A stretch of DNA of 64,000 bases from positions 18,688 to 82,687 of the forward strand of contig JAGBSJ010000005.1 of the NCBI GenBank assembly GCA_017631955.1, read 5' to 3'. This stretch comes from Clostridia bacterium (lineage in GTDB: Bacteria > Bacillota > Clostridia > Oscillospirales > Acutalibacteraceae). The position numbers were made by a program, and so were the translations under genes. Within the stretch, counting starts at the first letter, position 1. Every line of letters begins with the position of its first letter. The notes beneath the pieces are model-generated. The model did no database searches and had not been told where the DNA came from. It saw nothing but the letters and a program-made list of their open reading frames with translations. Shown here one piece after another: positions 8,235-17,548 of this stretch.

Positions 8235-9890
8235 ATGACAGACTGCAAAAAAATTGCTGAACTTATTTTCAGCGATGTGGACAAGTCCACAGAATATTAT
8301 GAAGAACTTTACCCTGCAAGAAATCTTCCCGAAGGTGCAAGAGTAACAAGATTTGCTCCAAGCCCCACAGGTTACTTGCATTTCGGCGGACTTTATGCGG
8401 GTTTTGCATCAAAACTCACTGCACAGGCAACTGACGGTGTGTTTATGCTCCGTATTGAAGATACTGACAAAAAGCGTGAGGTAGAAGACGGCGTTACAGG
8501 TATTGTAACAGGTCTTAAAGCATTCGGCGTTTCACCTGACGAAGGTGTTATGGGATTTGACAGTGAAGAGGGCAAATATGGTCCTTACACACAAAGTCAT
8601 CGTCGAGCAATTTACCGCGCTTTCGCTAAAAAGTTAATGAAAGAAGGCAAGGCATATCCTTGTTTCTGTACTCCTGAAGACCTTGATGAAATCCGTGCAA
8701 AACAAGAAAACGAAGATATTAAAGGTTACTATGGTCCTTATGCAAAATGCAGAGATTTAACTGACGATGAAATCATTGAAAAAATCAATGCAGGTGTTCC
8801 TTTTACAGTTCGTCTTCGTTCAACTGGTGACATTTCAAGAAAAATCAAGTTTGACGATATGATTAAGGGAAAAATTGAAATGAGTGAAAACGTGAATGAC
8901 GTTGTTATCTTAAAGGCAGACGGAATTCCTACTTACCATTTTGCTCACGCTATTGATGACCACTTAATGCACACCACACACGTTGTCCGTGGCGACGAGT
9001 GGATTGCGTCAGTACCACTCCATGTTGAACTTTTCAGAACTTGTGGTTTCAAGCCGGTTAAATATGCTCACATTGCTCCGATTATGAAAGAAGAAAACGG
9101 TGGCAAGCGTAAACTTTCAAAGAGAAAAGACCCTGAGGCAAACGTTTCATACTACATTGAAAAGGGTTATCCTGAAGCATCTGTCAAAGAATATATGCTT
9201 ACAATTCTCAACTCTAACTTTGAGGAATGGAGAAAGGCAAACAAGACAGAAGACATCAGCAAATTCCCATTCAATCTTAAGAAAATGAGCGTTTCAGGTG
9301 CACTTTTTGATATGGTTAAATTCAACGATGTATCAAAAAACGTTATTTCTGTTATGACTAACGAACAGGTTTACGACTTGGTTGTTGCCTGGGCAAAGGA
9401 TTATAACGAAAAGTTATATAATCTTTTTGTTGCTGATAGCGATAAAGCAAAGGCAATCCTCAATATTGACCGTGATAATCCAAAACCACGAAAAGATATT
9501 GCTTGTTGGGAAGAAGTAGAAAACTATGTTTCATTCTTCTACAACGAACTTTATAATGCAGATTACACTCTTCCTGAGCACATAAACAGTGCCGATGCAG
9601 TTGAAATCCTTACAAAGTATAAGGAAATCTATTCTGCAGAAGATACAAAGGAAGAATGGTTCAATAAAATCAAAGAAATTTGTTCTGCTTGCGGATTTAC
9701 TCCTAATGTTAAGGAGTACAAGCAAAATCCCGATGCATTCAAAGGTCATGTTGGCGACGTTTCAACAGTTATTCGTGTTGCGGTTACTTCTCGCACAAAC
9801 ACTCCTGATTTGTATTACATTATGCAGATTTTAGGCGTAGACGAAGTGATGAGCAGAATTGACAATGCGATAAATTCATACAAAGCATAA
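8235..9890 (+). CDS. gltX: Glutamate--tRNA ligase (long form, 551 aa)
   Basis: RFAPSPTGYLHFGG (HIGH-type motif), LRIEDTDKKR, KLSKRK (KMSKS-type motif). Confidence 0.85.
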   Translation: MTDCKKIAELIFSDVDKSTEYYEELYPARNLPEGARVTRFAPSPTGYLHFGGLYAGFASKLTAQATDGVFMLRIEDTDKKREVEDGVTGIVTGLKAFGVSPDEGVMGFDSEEGKYGPYTQSHRRAIYRAFAKKLMKEGKAYPCFCTPEDLDEIRAKQENEDIKGYYGPYAKCRDLTDDEIIEKINAGVPFTVRLRSTGDISRKIKFDDMIKGKIEMSENVNDVVILKADGIPTYHFAHAIDDHLMHTTHVVRGDEWIASVPLHVELFRTCGFKPVKYAHIAPIMKEENGGKRKLSKRKDPEANVSYYIEKGYPEASVKEYMLTILNSNFEEWRKANKTEDISKFPFNLKKMSVSGALFDMVKFNDVSKNVISVMTNEQVYDLVVAWAKDYNEKLYNLFVADSDKAKAILNIDRDNPKPRKDIACWEEVENYVSFFYNELYNADYTLPEHINSADAVEILTKYKEIYSAEDTKEEWFNKIKEICSACGFTPNVKEYKQNPDAFKGHVGDVSTVIRVAVTSRTNTPDLYYIMQILGVDEVMSRIDNAINSYKA

Positions 9891-9902
9891 AGAGGCAAAA
9901 TT

Positions 9903-11567
9903 ATGGACGAAATTATTACAACTACTTCAAACTTTATACACGATTTCATTGACGAAGACCTTGAAAATGGTGTGTATAACAAAGTGCAGACTCGTTTCCC
10001 ACCTGAGCCAAATGGTTACCTTCACATTGGCCACGCTAAAGCAATCTGCATTAACTTCAGTACATCAAACAAGTACAAGGGCGAATGCAATCTTCGTCTT
10101 GATGATACGAACCCACAAAAAGAAGACACAGAATATGTTGATGCTATTAAAGAAGACATTGAATGGCTTGGTTTCAAATGGAACAAATGTCTTTTCGCAT
10201 CAAGTTATTTTGATTACATCTATGAATGTGCAGTAAAACTCATTGAAAAAGGTCTTGCATTCGTTGACGACCTTACTGCAGACGAAATCAGAGAATATCG
10301 CGGCACTCTTACAGAGCCGGGCAAAAACAGCCCTTACCGTGACAGAAGTATCGAAGAAAATCTTGATTTATTCAAGAGAATGACTGACGGTGAATTCCCT
10401 AACGGCGCAAGAGTTCTTCGTGCAAAAATTGATATGGCATCACCTAACATCAATATGCGCGACCCTGTTATTTACAGAATTGCTCACGTGCCACACCATC
10501 AGACAGGTGACAAATGGTGTGTTTACCCAATGTATGACTTTGCACATCCATTGTCAGATGCAAGAGAAGGCGTTACACATTCTCTTTGCTCACTTGAATT
10601 TGAAAACCACAGACCACTCTATGACTGGTTCTTGCAGGCGCTTGATATAGAAATGCCACCAAGACAGATTGAGTTTGCTCGTCTTAACCTTAACTACTGC
10701 CTTACAAGTAAAAGAAAATGCTTGGCACTTGTAAACGAAGGCATTGTTGATGGTTGGAACGACCCACGAATGGCAACTCTTAGCGGTATGAGAAGACGCG
10801 GTTACCCTGCAGCGGCAATCCGTAACTTCTGTGAAAAAATCGGCGTTTCAAAGGCCTATTCAGTTGTTGATTACGGTCTTTTGGAATCTTGTGTTCGTGA
10901 CGAGCTTAACGCAAATGCTCCTAGAGCTATGGCAGTTATTCGTCCACTTAAAGTTGTTATTGACAACTACCCTGAAGACAAAACAGAAACACTTGAAGTT
11001 GAAATTCACCCTGAACACCCTGAAATGGGTACTCGTAAAGTTACTTTCGGCAAAACTCTTTATGTTGAACAGGACGACTTTATGATTGAACCAGTCAAAA
11101 AGTATTTCCGTCTTTTCCCAGGTAATGAAGTTCGTCTTAAGAGTGCATATTTTGTTAAGTGTGTCGGTTATGATACAGACGAAAATGGTAATGTTACTTG
11201 TGTTCACTGTACTTATGACCCTGAAAGCCGTGGTGGTAACTCACCTGACGGAAGAAAGGTTAAAGGTACACTTCACTGGGTAAGTGAGGCAGACAGTTTC
11301 AAAGCAGAAATTCGTCTTTATGACCGCCTTTTCAATAAAGAAAATCCATCAGATGAAACTGCGGGCGCATTCACAGAAAACCTTAATCCTGACTCTCTTG
11401 TTATTCTTAAGGACTGCTTAATTGAGGGCGGACTTAAAGATGGTCTTAAAGTGGGAGACACCTTCCAGTTTATGCGTCAGGGTTATTTCTGCGTAGATAT
11501 TACATCAACTGAAGATAATATTGTATTTAACCGAACAGTACAGCTTAACTCTTCTTGGGGGAAATAA
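9903..11567 (+). CDS. glnS: Glutamine--tRNA ligase
   Basis: [53 protein letters not shown] are typical GlnRS blocks. Confidence 0.92.
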   Translation: MDEIITTTSNFIHDFIDEDLENGVYNKVQTRFPPEPNGYLHIGHAKAICINFSTSNKYKGECNLRLDDTNPQKEDTEYVDAIKEDIEWLGFKWNKCLFASSYFDYIYECAVKLIEKGLAFVDDLTADEIREYRGTLTEPGKNSPYRDRSIEENLDLFKRMTDGEFPNGARVLRAKIDMASPNINMRDPVIYRIAHVPHHQTGDKWCVYPMYDFAHPLSDAREGVTHSLCSLEFENHRPLYDWFLQALDIEMPPRQIEFARLNLNYCLTSKRKCLALVNEGIVDGWNDPRMATLSGMRRRGYPAAAIRNFCEKIGVSKAYSVVDYGLLESCVRDELNANAPRAMAVIRPLKVVIDNYPEDKTETLEVEIHPEHPEMGTRKVTFGKTLYVEQDDFMIEPVKKYFRLFPGNEVRLKSAYFVKCVGYDTDENGNVTCVHCTYDPESRGGNSPDGRKVKGTLHWVSEADSFKAEIRLYDRLFNKENPSDETAGAFTENLNPDSLVILKDCLIEGGLKDGLKVGDTFQFMRQGYFCVDITSTEDNIVFNRTVQLNSSWGK

Positions 11568-11568
11568 T

Positions 11569-12276
11569 ATGAGTAAAACAAATAAAATCAAGCAAAAAAC
11601 AACTGGTTTTGACATTGTTTACCGCGTTGTAGCAGCAATAATGGCGGTAGCAATGTACCCTGTGTTCTATTTTGGAAAGTTGCTTACATTTGAAATAGTT
11701 CATGAAGATATTTCAAATCTTCTTAATTACTTCAAAGACGAGGCAGACAAAACAATCGAAGCAACTTATGATTCAATCTCGTTGGCAGACCTTTCTAAAT
11801 GGACTAAACTTTTCTCAAGTTTTACAAATGACGATTTCGATTTTAAAACAGCAATTTTACAAAATGAAATGTATACCCCTGTTATTATTGCTGCCGTATT
11901 CGTTGCAATTGCCCTTGTTATTGGTCTTGTAATTCTCGGCTTTGCAATCTTTTCAAACAAGGTTAAGGTTATTACAGCCCTTTCAGGCGCTGGCTTTTTA
12001 AGCACCTTTGCCGCATATATTTCATTTGGATTCTTTGCAAAACCACTCATTTCAGGCGAAATTACACTTGCACAACTTTTCAATGTTGATGGCATTATCG
12101 GCTCAACTATCATGAGCTTTTTAGGTGATGTTACAGTTTTCGCACTTGACACTGCATTCTTTGGAGTTATGTTCTTAATGCTTGGCATTCTTGTTTGGTC
12201 TGTTTCTGTTCTTATTGTTAATAAGAGTGAAGAAAAAGAAAAACAGATGAAAGAAGCAGCAAGAAAATACAGATAA
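11569..12276 (+). CDS. Hypothetical multi-pass membrane protein
   Basis: Start moved to the ATG at 11569 (GGGGG RBS, 1 nt after the glnS stop). Several hydrophobic helices. No recognisable motif. Confidence 0.6.
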   Translation: MSKTNKIKQKTTGFDIVYRVVAAIMAVAMYPVFYFGKLLTFEIVHEDISNLLNYFKDEADKTIEATYDSISLADLSKWTKLFSSFTNDDFDFKTAILQNEMYTPVIIAAVFVAIALVIGLVILGFAIFSNKVKVITALSGAGFLSTFAAYISFGFFAKPLISGEITLAQLFNVDGIIGSTIMSFLGDVTVFALDTAFFGVMFLMLGILVWSVSVLIVNKSEEKEKQMKEAARKYR

Positions 12277-12287
12277 TTTTAAAACAA

Positions 12288-12325
12288 AAAAATTAACGGC
12301 TCGGTTTTTACCGAGCCGTTTTTAT
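12288..12325. terminator. Bidirectional rho-independent terminator between convergent genes
   Basis: 10-bp stem AACGGCTCGG/CCGAGCCGTT (12295-12304 with 12311-12320), flanked by an A-run and a T-run. Confidence 0.8.
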
Positions 12326-12330
12326 TATAT

Positions 12331-13452
12331 TTAGTTGTTTTCTAAATTCTTTTGTGACTGCATTTTGAGATATGCGTTAATAAATCCGTCAAGGTCGCCA
12401 TCCATAACAGCATTTATATTACCATTTTCAAAAGATGTTCTGTGGTCTTTTGCAAGGGTGTATGGCATAAACACATAAGAACGAATCTGGCTACCCCATG
12501 CGATTTCTTTATGGTCACCTTTAATATCTTCAATCTTTGCAAGATGTTCACGCTCTTTAATCTCAATAAGTTTTGATTTGAGCATTGTCATAGCAACTTC
12601 ACGATTCTGATGTTGGCTTCTTTCAACCTGACAAGAAACTACAATGCCTGTTGGCTTGTGAGTAAGACGAACTGCAGATGATGTTTTATTAACTTTTTGT
12701 CCACCCGCGCCACTTGCACGATAAACTGCCATTTCAATGTCGTCAGGGTTAATCTCAACATTTGTATCTTCATCGATTTCAGGCATAACTTCAAGTGAAG
12801 CAAATGATGTATGGCGTCTTCCAGATGAGTCAAAAGGTGAAACACGAACAAGTCGATGAATACCTGCTTCACTCTTCATAAATCCGTAAGCATTTTCACC
12901 TTCTATAAGAATACAAGCGGATTTAAGACCTGCTTCGTCACCGTCAAGATAGTCAAGTGTTGACACCTTGTAGCCATGACGCTCGCCCCAACGGTTATAC
13001 ATTCTGAAAAGCATCTGTGCCCAGTCCTGTGCCTCTGTGCCACCTGCGCCTGCATGGAATGTAAGAATTGCATTTTTAGAGTCATATTCACCAGTAAGAA
13101 GTGTTGCAAGCGTTTGTGCATCAAGGTCTTTTTCAAATTTATCTACACCTTGTGTGCATTCTTCAACGAGTGATTCGTCCTCTTCTTCGTCGGCAAGCTC
13201 AATCATAACAAGGGCGTCTTCATAATCACTTTTAAGTTTCTCGTAAGCAGAAACCTTATTCTTAAGAACGCTTGTTCTTTGTAAAACTTTCTGTGAATTC
13301 TGAATGTCGTCCCAAAAGCCCTCTTGTGCTTGTTGTTCTTCAAGAAGAGCAATTTCACTTTTCATTTTTTCAAGACCTAATGCATCTGCTAAGTTAGAAA
13401 GTTCTTCTTCGTGAGCAATAAGTCGGAGTTTTAATTCTTCGAATTGAAGCAT
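12331..13452 (-). CDS. prfB: Peptide chain release factor 2, encoded in one continuous frame
   Basis: [35 protein letters not shown] (GGQ motif), [10 protein letters not shown]. Start set to the ATG at 13452 ([19 protein letters not shown]). Confidence 0.92.
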   Translation of the reverse strand: MLQFEELKLRLIAHEEELSNLADALGLEKMKSEIALLEEQQAQEGFWDDIQNSQKVLQRTSVLKNKVSAYEKLKSDYEDALVMIELADEEEDESLVEECTQGVDKFEKDLDAQTLATLLTGEYDSKNAILTFHAGAGGTEAQDWAQMLFRMYNRWGERHGYKVSTLDYLDGDEAGLKSACILIEGENAYGFMKSEAGIHRLVRVSPFDSSGRRHTSFASLEVMPEIDEDTNVEINPDDIEMAVYRASGAGGQKVNKTSSAVRLTHKPTGIVVSCQVERSQHQNREVAMTMLKSKLIEIKEREHLAKIEDIKGDHKEIAWGSQIRSYVFMPYTLAKDHRTSFENGNINAVMDGDLDGFINAYLKMQSQKNLENN

Positions 13453-13599
13453 AAATGTACCTCGCTTAATAGTTTCTTTGCTTTTGTCACTTGTCCGCAA
13501 AAATCACATACAATGTATTAAGGCAACCGTCTTAAAACGGTATGCGGTAAGCTTTGCTTTTCAAAATAGCCGTATGCTTTGAGCGGACTGATATATTTT

Positions 13600-14415
13600 T
13601 TACGCTGCTGCAGTAGTTGATTCAACATCAGTTGAATTTTCTTCTGCAGTAGTTGTTGATTCTTTGGCAACTACATCTGCCTGGTCAATAAGCTCTTTGC
13701 TTTCTGTTGTGGATTCTGTAGTTTTCTCCGTTGTTGCAACTTCAGGTGTTGTTGTACTCTGAATTGCAGAAATATAAAGGTTTTCATCTTTCTCACGGAG
13801 TGTAATCTTAACATATTTATCAGGTGAAGGTGCAATCATATCACCATTTTCACCTTGTTCCCACGCGTCGCCTGAAAGACAAGCAACTGTAAGCACTACT
13901 GTGTCAGAAGATGTTGATTTATCAACAACTTTTGGTGTGTAAATCGGTGTAACACCTGTAAGTGGCACTGTATACATTTCTGTTTTTGCATCATAAGGGA
14001 ATTCAAGTGCATAGCCATCAATTGTAGCATGTACAGGTGTGATTTCTGTGCCGAAAAGTTCAATAAACTTTTCCTCAACCGCCGATTTAGGAATTGAAAG
14101 TCCGTTTTCGTTGCTTTCAAAAGTATCAGGGTCAATATCACTTTTAAGAAGTGACCAAATTGAAATTTCAACAAGTTGGCTCATATTTGCTTTTGTAATG
14201 TCATCGAAATTATCAGGGTCAATAAGGAATACAGGTGCAAGAATTTTTTCGTATTCCTCATAATTTTTTGACTTATCGATTGCGGCATCTATACCATTAA
14301 CCGCTGAAATGACAACAGTTACAAGTCCGATTGCAGCAAGTAAAACGATAATGCAACCAATAGGGAATGCAAGTTTATGAGTACCCTTATGCTTTTTATT
14401 TGTATTTTCTGCCAT
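13600..14415 (-). CDS. Hypothetical N-terminally anchored extracytoplasmic protein with Thr/Glu-rich tail
   Basis: TM FPIGCIIVLLAAIGLVTVVISAV. C-terminal low-complexity TTTPEVATTEKTTESTTES...STTAAA. No known motif. Confidence 0.6.
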   Translation of the reverse strand: MAENTNKKHKGTHKLAFPIGCIIVLLAAIGLVTVVISAVNGIDAAIDKSKNYEEYEKILAPVFLIDPDNFDDITKANMSQLVEISIWSLLKSDIDPDTFESNENGLSIPKSAVEEKFIELFGTEITPVHATIDGYALEFPYDAKTEMYTVPLTGVTPIYTPKVVDKSTSSDTVVLTVACLSGDAWEQGENGDMIAPSPDKYVKITLREKDENLYISAIQSTTTPEVATTEKTTESTTESKELIDQADVVAKESTTTAEENSTDVESTTAAA

Positions 14416-14419
14416 AAAA

Positions 14420-15658
14420 TCACCTTACCTGACCGTTACCGTAAATTTTATATTTGAATGAATTTAACTGTTCAAGTCCTAATGGACCGCGAGCGTGAAG
14501 TTTTTGTGTTGAAATACCGATTTCTGCACCAAATCCAAACTCACCACCATCAGTAAAACGAGTGCTTGCATTATGATAAACCGCAGAAGAGTCAACCATA
14601 TTCATAAACTTTTCTGCATTCTGAGTATTTTCAGTAATAATACTCTCGCTATGACCTGTTGAGTATTTTCTAATATGCTCTGTTGCCTCTTCTAATGAAG
14701 AAACAATCTTTACCGACATTTTATAATCAAGATATTCTGTTGCCCAGTCTTCTTCTGTTGCTTTTTCTATATCAGGACAGATAGTGCGGGCAATTTCGTC
14801 GCCGTAAAGAACAACATTTTTCTCGTCTAACTTTGCCTTGATTGCAATAAGTGCAAACTCGGCAATATTTTTATGTATCAGCAGACTTTCTGCAGTATTA
14901 CAAACTGAAATTCTTTGAGTTTTTGCATTGTATACAATTTCTGCTGCCATATCAATATCTGCAAACTCGTCAACATAAATATGACAGTTGCCTGCACCTG
15001 TTTCAATTACAGGCACAGTTGAATTCTGAACAACGGCGTTAATAAGTTTTGCACTACCGCGCGGAATTAGCACATCAACATAACCATTCATTCGCATAAG
15101 TGCAGTGGAGCTTTCTCTTGAAGTATCGCGCACAAGTTCAATGATGTCCGGATTAAATCCCGCGTTTTCAACTGCTTTTCGCATAACATCCATAATTGCA
15201 GAGTTTGAATTGAACGCCTCTTTACCGCCACGAAGAATTGCGGTGTTGCCGGATTTGATTGCAAGAGCCGCCGCGTCACTTGTAACATTTGGTCTTGCCT
15301 CGTAAATAATACCGATAACGCCGAGAGGTGAACTTACTCTTTGAATTTTAAGACCATTTGGGCGAACATCTTCCCAAAGGACTTTACCCACAGGGTCAGG
15401 AAGTGAAATTACACCTTCTACACCCTGTGCCATACCCTCAACTCTGTCTTCATTTAACATAAGACGGTCAAGAAGTGCCTCTGACATACCATTATTTCTG
15501 CCATTCTGAAGGTCAAGAGCATTTGCCTTTAAAATTTCTTCACAATTTTCGCGAAGCGCAACGGCAATCGCCTTTAATATTTTATTTTTATCGTCAGTAG
15601 ATACAACAGCCAACTGAGCCGCCGCATTTTTTACTCTTTTGCCGATTTCTGTAAGCAT
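14420..15658 (-). CDS. proA: Glutamate-5-semialdehyde dehydrogenase (gamma-glutamyl phosphate reductase)
   Basis: 412 aa, aldehyde-dehydrogenase-like; VIGIIYEARPNVT, CNTAESLLIH, HSESIITEN are typical ProA blocks. Lies adjacent to proB. Confidence 0.9.
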   Translation of the reverse strand: MLTEIGKRVKNAAAQLAVVSTDDKNKILKAIAVALRENCEEILKANALDLQNGRNNGMSEALLDRLMLNEDRVEGMAQGVEGVISLPDPVGKVLWEDVRPNGLKIQRVSSPLGVIGIIYEARPNVTSDAAALAIKSGNTAILRGGKEAFNSNSAIMDVMRKAVENAGFNPDIIELVRDTSRESSTALMRMNGYVDVLIPRGSAKLINAVVQNSTVPVIETGAGNCHIYVDEFADIDMAAEIVYNAKTQRISVCNTAESLLIHKNIAEFALIAIKAKLDEKNVVLYGDEIARTICPDIEKATEEDWATEYLDYKMSVKIVSSLEEATEHIRKYSTGHSESIITENTQNAEKFMNMVDSSAVYHNASTRFTDGGEFGFGAEIGISTQKLHARGPLGLEQLNSFKYKIYGNGQVR

Positions 15659-15660
15659 AA

Positions 15661-16446
15661 TTATTTCCCCTTAAAGAAAGTACCTACCTGCTTGCCATCA
15701 AGCGCTTTATAAATCTCAGTTGGGTTTTCACCATTCATAACGATTGTGTCAATCCCTGCACCCATTGTAATTTCTGCCGCATGGAGTTTTGTTACCATTC
15801 CGCCTGTGCCGAGGTTTGAGCCCTTACCACCTGCAATTTTATACAAATCTTCGTTGATTTCTGTAACAACAGGAATAAGTTTTGCATCTTCATTCTCATT
15901 AGGATTTGCGTCATAAAGACCGTCAATATCTGAAAGAATAATAAGCGCATCTGCATTTACAAGTTTTGCAACAATTGCAGAAAGTGAGTCGTTATCGCCA
16001 TAAACGATTTCTTCAACTGCAACGCTGTCATTTTCATTTATAATCGGGATTGCACCAAACTCAAACAACTTATTAAATGTATTTATAAGATTTTGTCTTC
16101 TTTCATCATTTTCAACGTCGCTTTTAGTTATGAGCAACTGACCGACAGTATGACCATATTCGCCGAAAAGTTTATCATACATAAACATAAGTTCACATTG
16201 ACCGATTGTAGCCGCCGCCTGTTTGCCTGCAGTATCGGCGGGCTTTTCTTTAAGCCCTAACTTACCTACACCAACGCCAATAGCACCGCTTGTAACAAGT
16301 GCTACTTCAATACCTGAATTCACAATGTCAGAAAGTACGCTTACTAACTTATGCATTCTTCTGATATTTGTCTTACCTGTTGAGTATGTAAGTGTTGATG
16401 TGCCAACCTTTACAACTATTCTTTTTACGTCTTTTAATACTGCCAT
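15661..16446 (-). CDS. proB: Glutamate 5-kinase (short form without PUA domain)
   Basis: RIVVKVGTSTLT, amino-acid-kinase fold, IINENDSVAVEE, GTGGMVTKL. Confidence 0.9.
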   Translation of the reverse strand: MAVLKDVKRIVVKVGTSTLTYSTGKTNIRRMHKLVSVLSDIVNSGIEVALVTSGAIGVGVGKLGLKEKPADTAGKQAAATIGQCELMFMYDKLFGEYGHTVGQLLITKSDVENDERRQNLINTFNKLFEFGAIPIINENDSVAVEEIVYGDNDSLSAIVAKLVNADALIILSDIDGLYDANPNENEDAKLIPVVTEINEDLYKIAGGKGSNLGTGGMVTKLHAAEITMGAGIDTIVMNGENPTEIYKALDGKQVGTFFKGK

Positions 16447-16603
16447 AGTTACGCCTTCTAACCTATTATAAGATTAATCATAATATTTTAACATATATTT
16501 TCCACTTTAACAACTGTTTTTATTGTATTTATATTTGTAACAAAAGATTTTTACTTTCATACAATGGTACTGTCAATGACAATATTTTTTAGGAGGAATA
16601 CTG

Positions 16604-17431
16604 ATGTCAGAAAATAAGAATTGTTTGCCTTCAAAAATTAAAGAGGCAGTTTGCATTGATGTTGGTAGAGTTTATGACTCTTGTGCAGACAAAGATTGTC
16701 TTGAAGATTTAAGAGTATATTTTACAGATTCTGCTCAATGCATTATTGACCGTGCAACAAATGTCCGTTGTCGCGGTGCAGAAGTACTTAACGCTTTTAT
16801 TGAAGTTGAAAGAGTGCCATTTAACCGTGGTTTTTACTCAGTAGATATTACCTATTATTTCAAAGTTTGCCTTGATGTTTTCTGCGGGCACACAAATGCA
16901 CCTACAATGGTTGACGGTCTTGCAACATTCTCAAAGAAATGCATCCTTTACGGCTCAGAGGGTAATGTGAAAGTGTTCTCATCTGAATTTGCTTGTGGCG
17001 ATATTGACGAGCAATTTGATATGGTAAGCACAAATCCACGCGCAAAAGTACAGACTGTTGACCCTATTTGTCTTGATGCTAAACTTTGCAAAATTCACGA
17101 ATGTTGCCATGTAGACCCGTGTTGCAAACCATCAAGAATTCCGAAAAATGTATGCCGTTGCTTTGATGGTTGCTTTGACCCATGCGAAAACGAAGGCGAA
17201 AAAGCCGTTACTGTTACTCTTGGCATTTTCACAATCGTTCAACTTGAACGCGATGTGCAGATGCTTGTACCTGCATACGATTTCTGCATACCAAGCAAAG
17301 AATGCAACTGCGAAACAGATAACCCTTGTGATGCATTCCGTAAAATCCAATTCCCAGTTGACGAATTCTTCCCACCAAAAGAAGGTTGCTTGAAAGACAG
17401 TTACAGACCAACCTGTGCTTGTGGCGACTAA
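16604..17431 (+). CDS. Cysteine-rich hypothetical protein (27 Cys in 275 aa); possible spore coat or exosporium component
   Basis: Strong RBS AGGAGG. Motifs VCIDVGRVYDSCADKDCLEDLRVYF, CKIHECCHVDPCCKP, CRCFDGCFDPC, CNCETDNPC. No signal peptide or TM. The function is inference only. Confidence 0.6.
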   Translation: MSENKNCLPSKIKEAVCIDVGRVYDSCADKDCLEDLRVYFTDSAQCIIDRATNVRCRGAEVLNAFIEVERVPFNRGFYSVDITYYFKVCLDVFCGHTNAPTMVDGLATFSKKCILYGSEGNVKVFSSEFACGDIDEQFDMVSTNPRAKVQTVDPICLDAKLCKIHECCHVDPCCKPSRIPKNVCRCFDGCFDPCENEGEKAVTVTLGIFTIVQLERDVQMLVPAYDFCIPSKECNCETDNPCDAFRKIQFPVDEFFPPKEGCLKDSYRPTCACGD

Positions 17432-17452
17432 CTCCCCTTTTTACACCTTTGT

Positions 17453-17485
17453 GCCCTTGTGAAAACAAGGGCTTTTCTTTTTTTC
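17453..17485 (+). terminator. Rho-independent terminator of the Cys-rich gene
   Basis: GCCCTTGT gaaa ACAAGGGC followed by TTTTCTTTTTTT. Confidence 0.85.
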
Positions 17486-17548
17486 AATAATTGCATTTTG
17501 TCGAAAAGCGTTATATAATGTATACAAAGCAAAAAGGCGGGTGTATTT

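Noticed and set aside
8235-9890. Possibility that the 551-aa GluRS-like gene is a GluQ-RS paralogue or a pseudogene, given the HFGG variant of HIGH.
   Set aside because: It is full length with an anticodon-binding C-terminal half and a KLSKRK motif, whereas GluQ-RS is a truncated catalytic domain of about 300 aa. It is the only GluRS in the window and is paired with glnS.
8222-11567. T-box leaders upstream of gltX, glnS and argS, and an L-box upstream of lysC/hom.
   Set aside because: The intergenic gaps before gltX (13 nt) and glnS (12 nt) are too short. argS is internal to the ddl-DUF1934-argS operon. The hom upstream region is AT-rich with no specifier or T-box-like or L-box-like helices visible. 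An Infernal scan would be the decisive test.
12331-13500. Expected programmed +1 frameshift in prfB, and the ORF-track N-terminal extension [16 protein letters not shown].
   Set aside because: The N-terminal region aligns through the usual frameshift position as [20 protein letters not shown] in one frame. There is no CTT TGA C slippery site, so this RF2 belongs to the minority without autoregulatory frameshifting. The extension starts at a non-ATG codon with no RBS, whereas the ATG at 13452 has GAGGT upstream.
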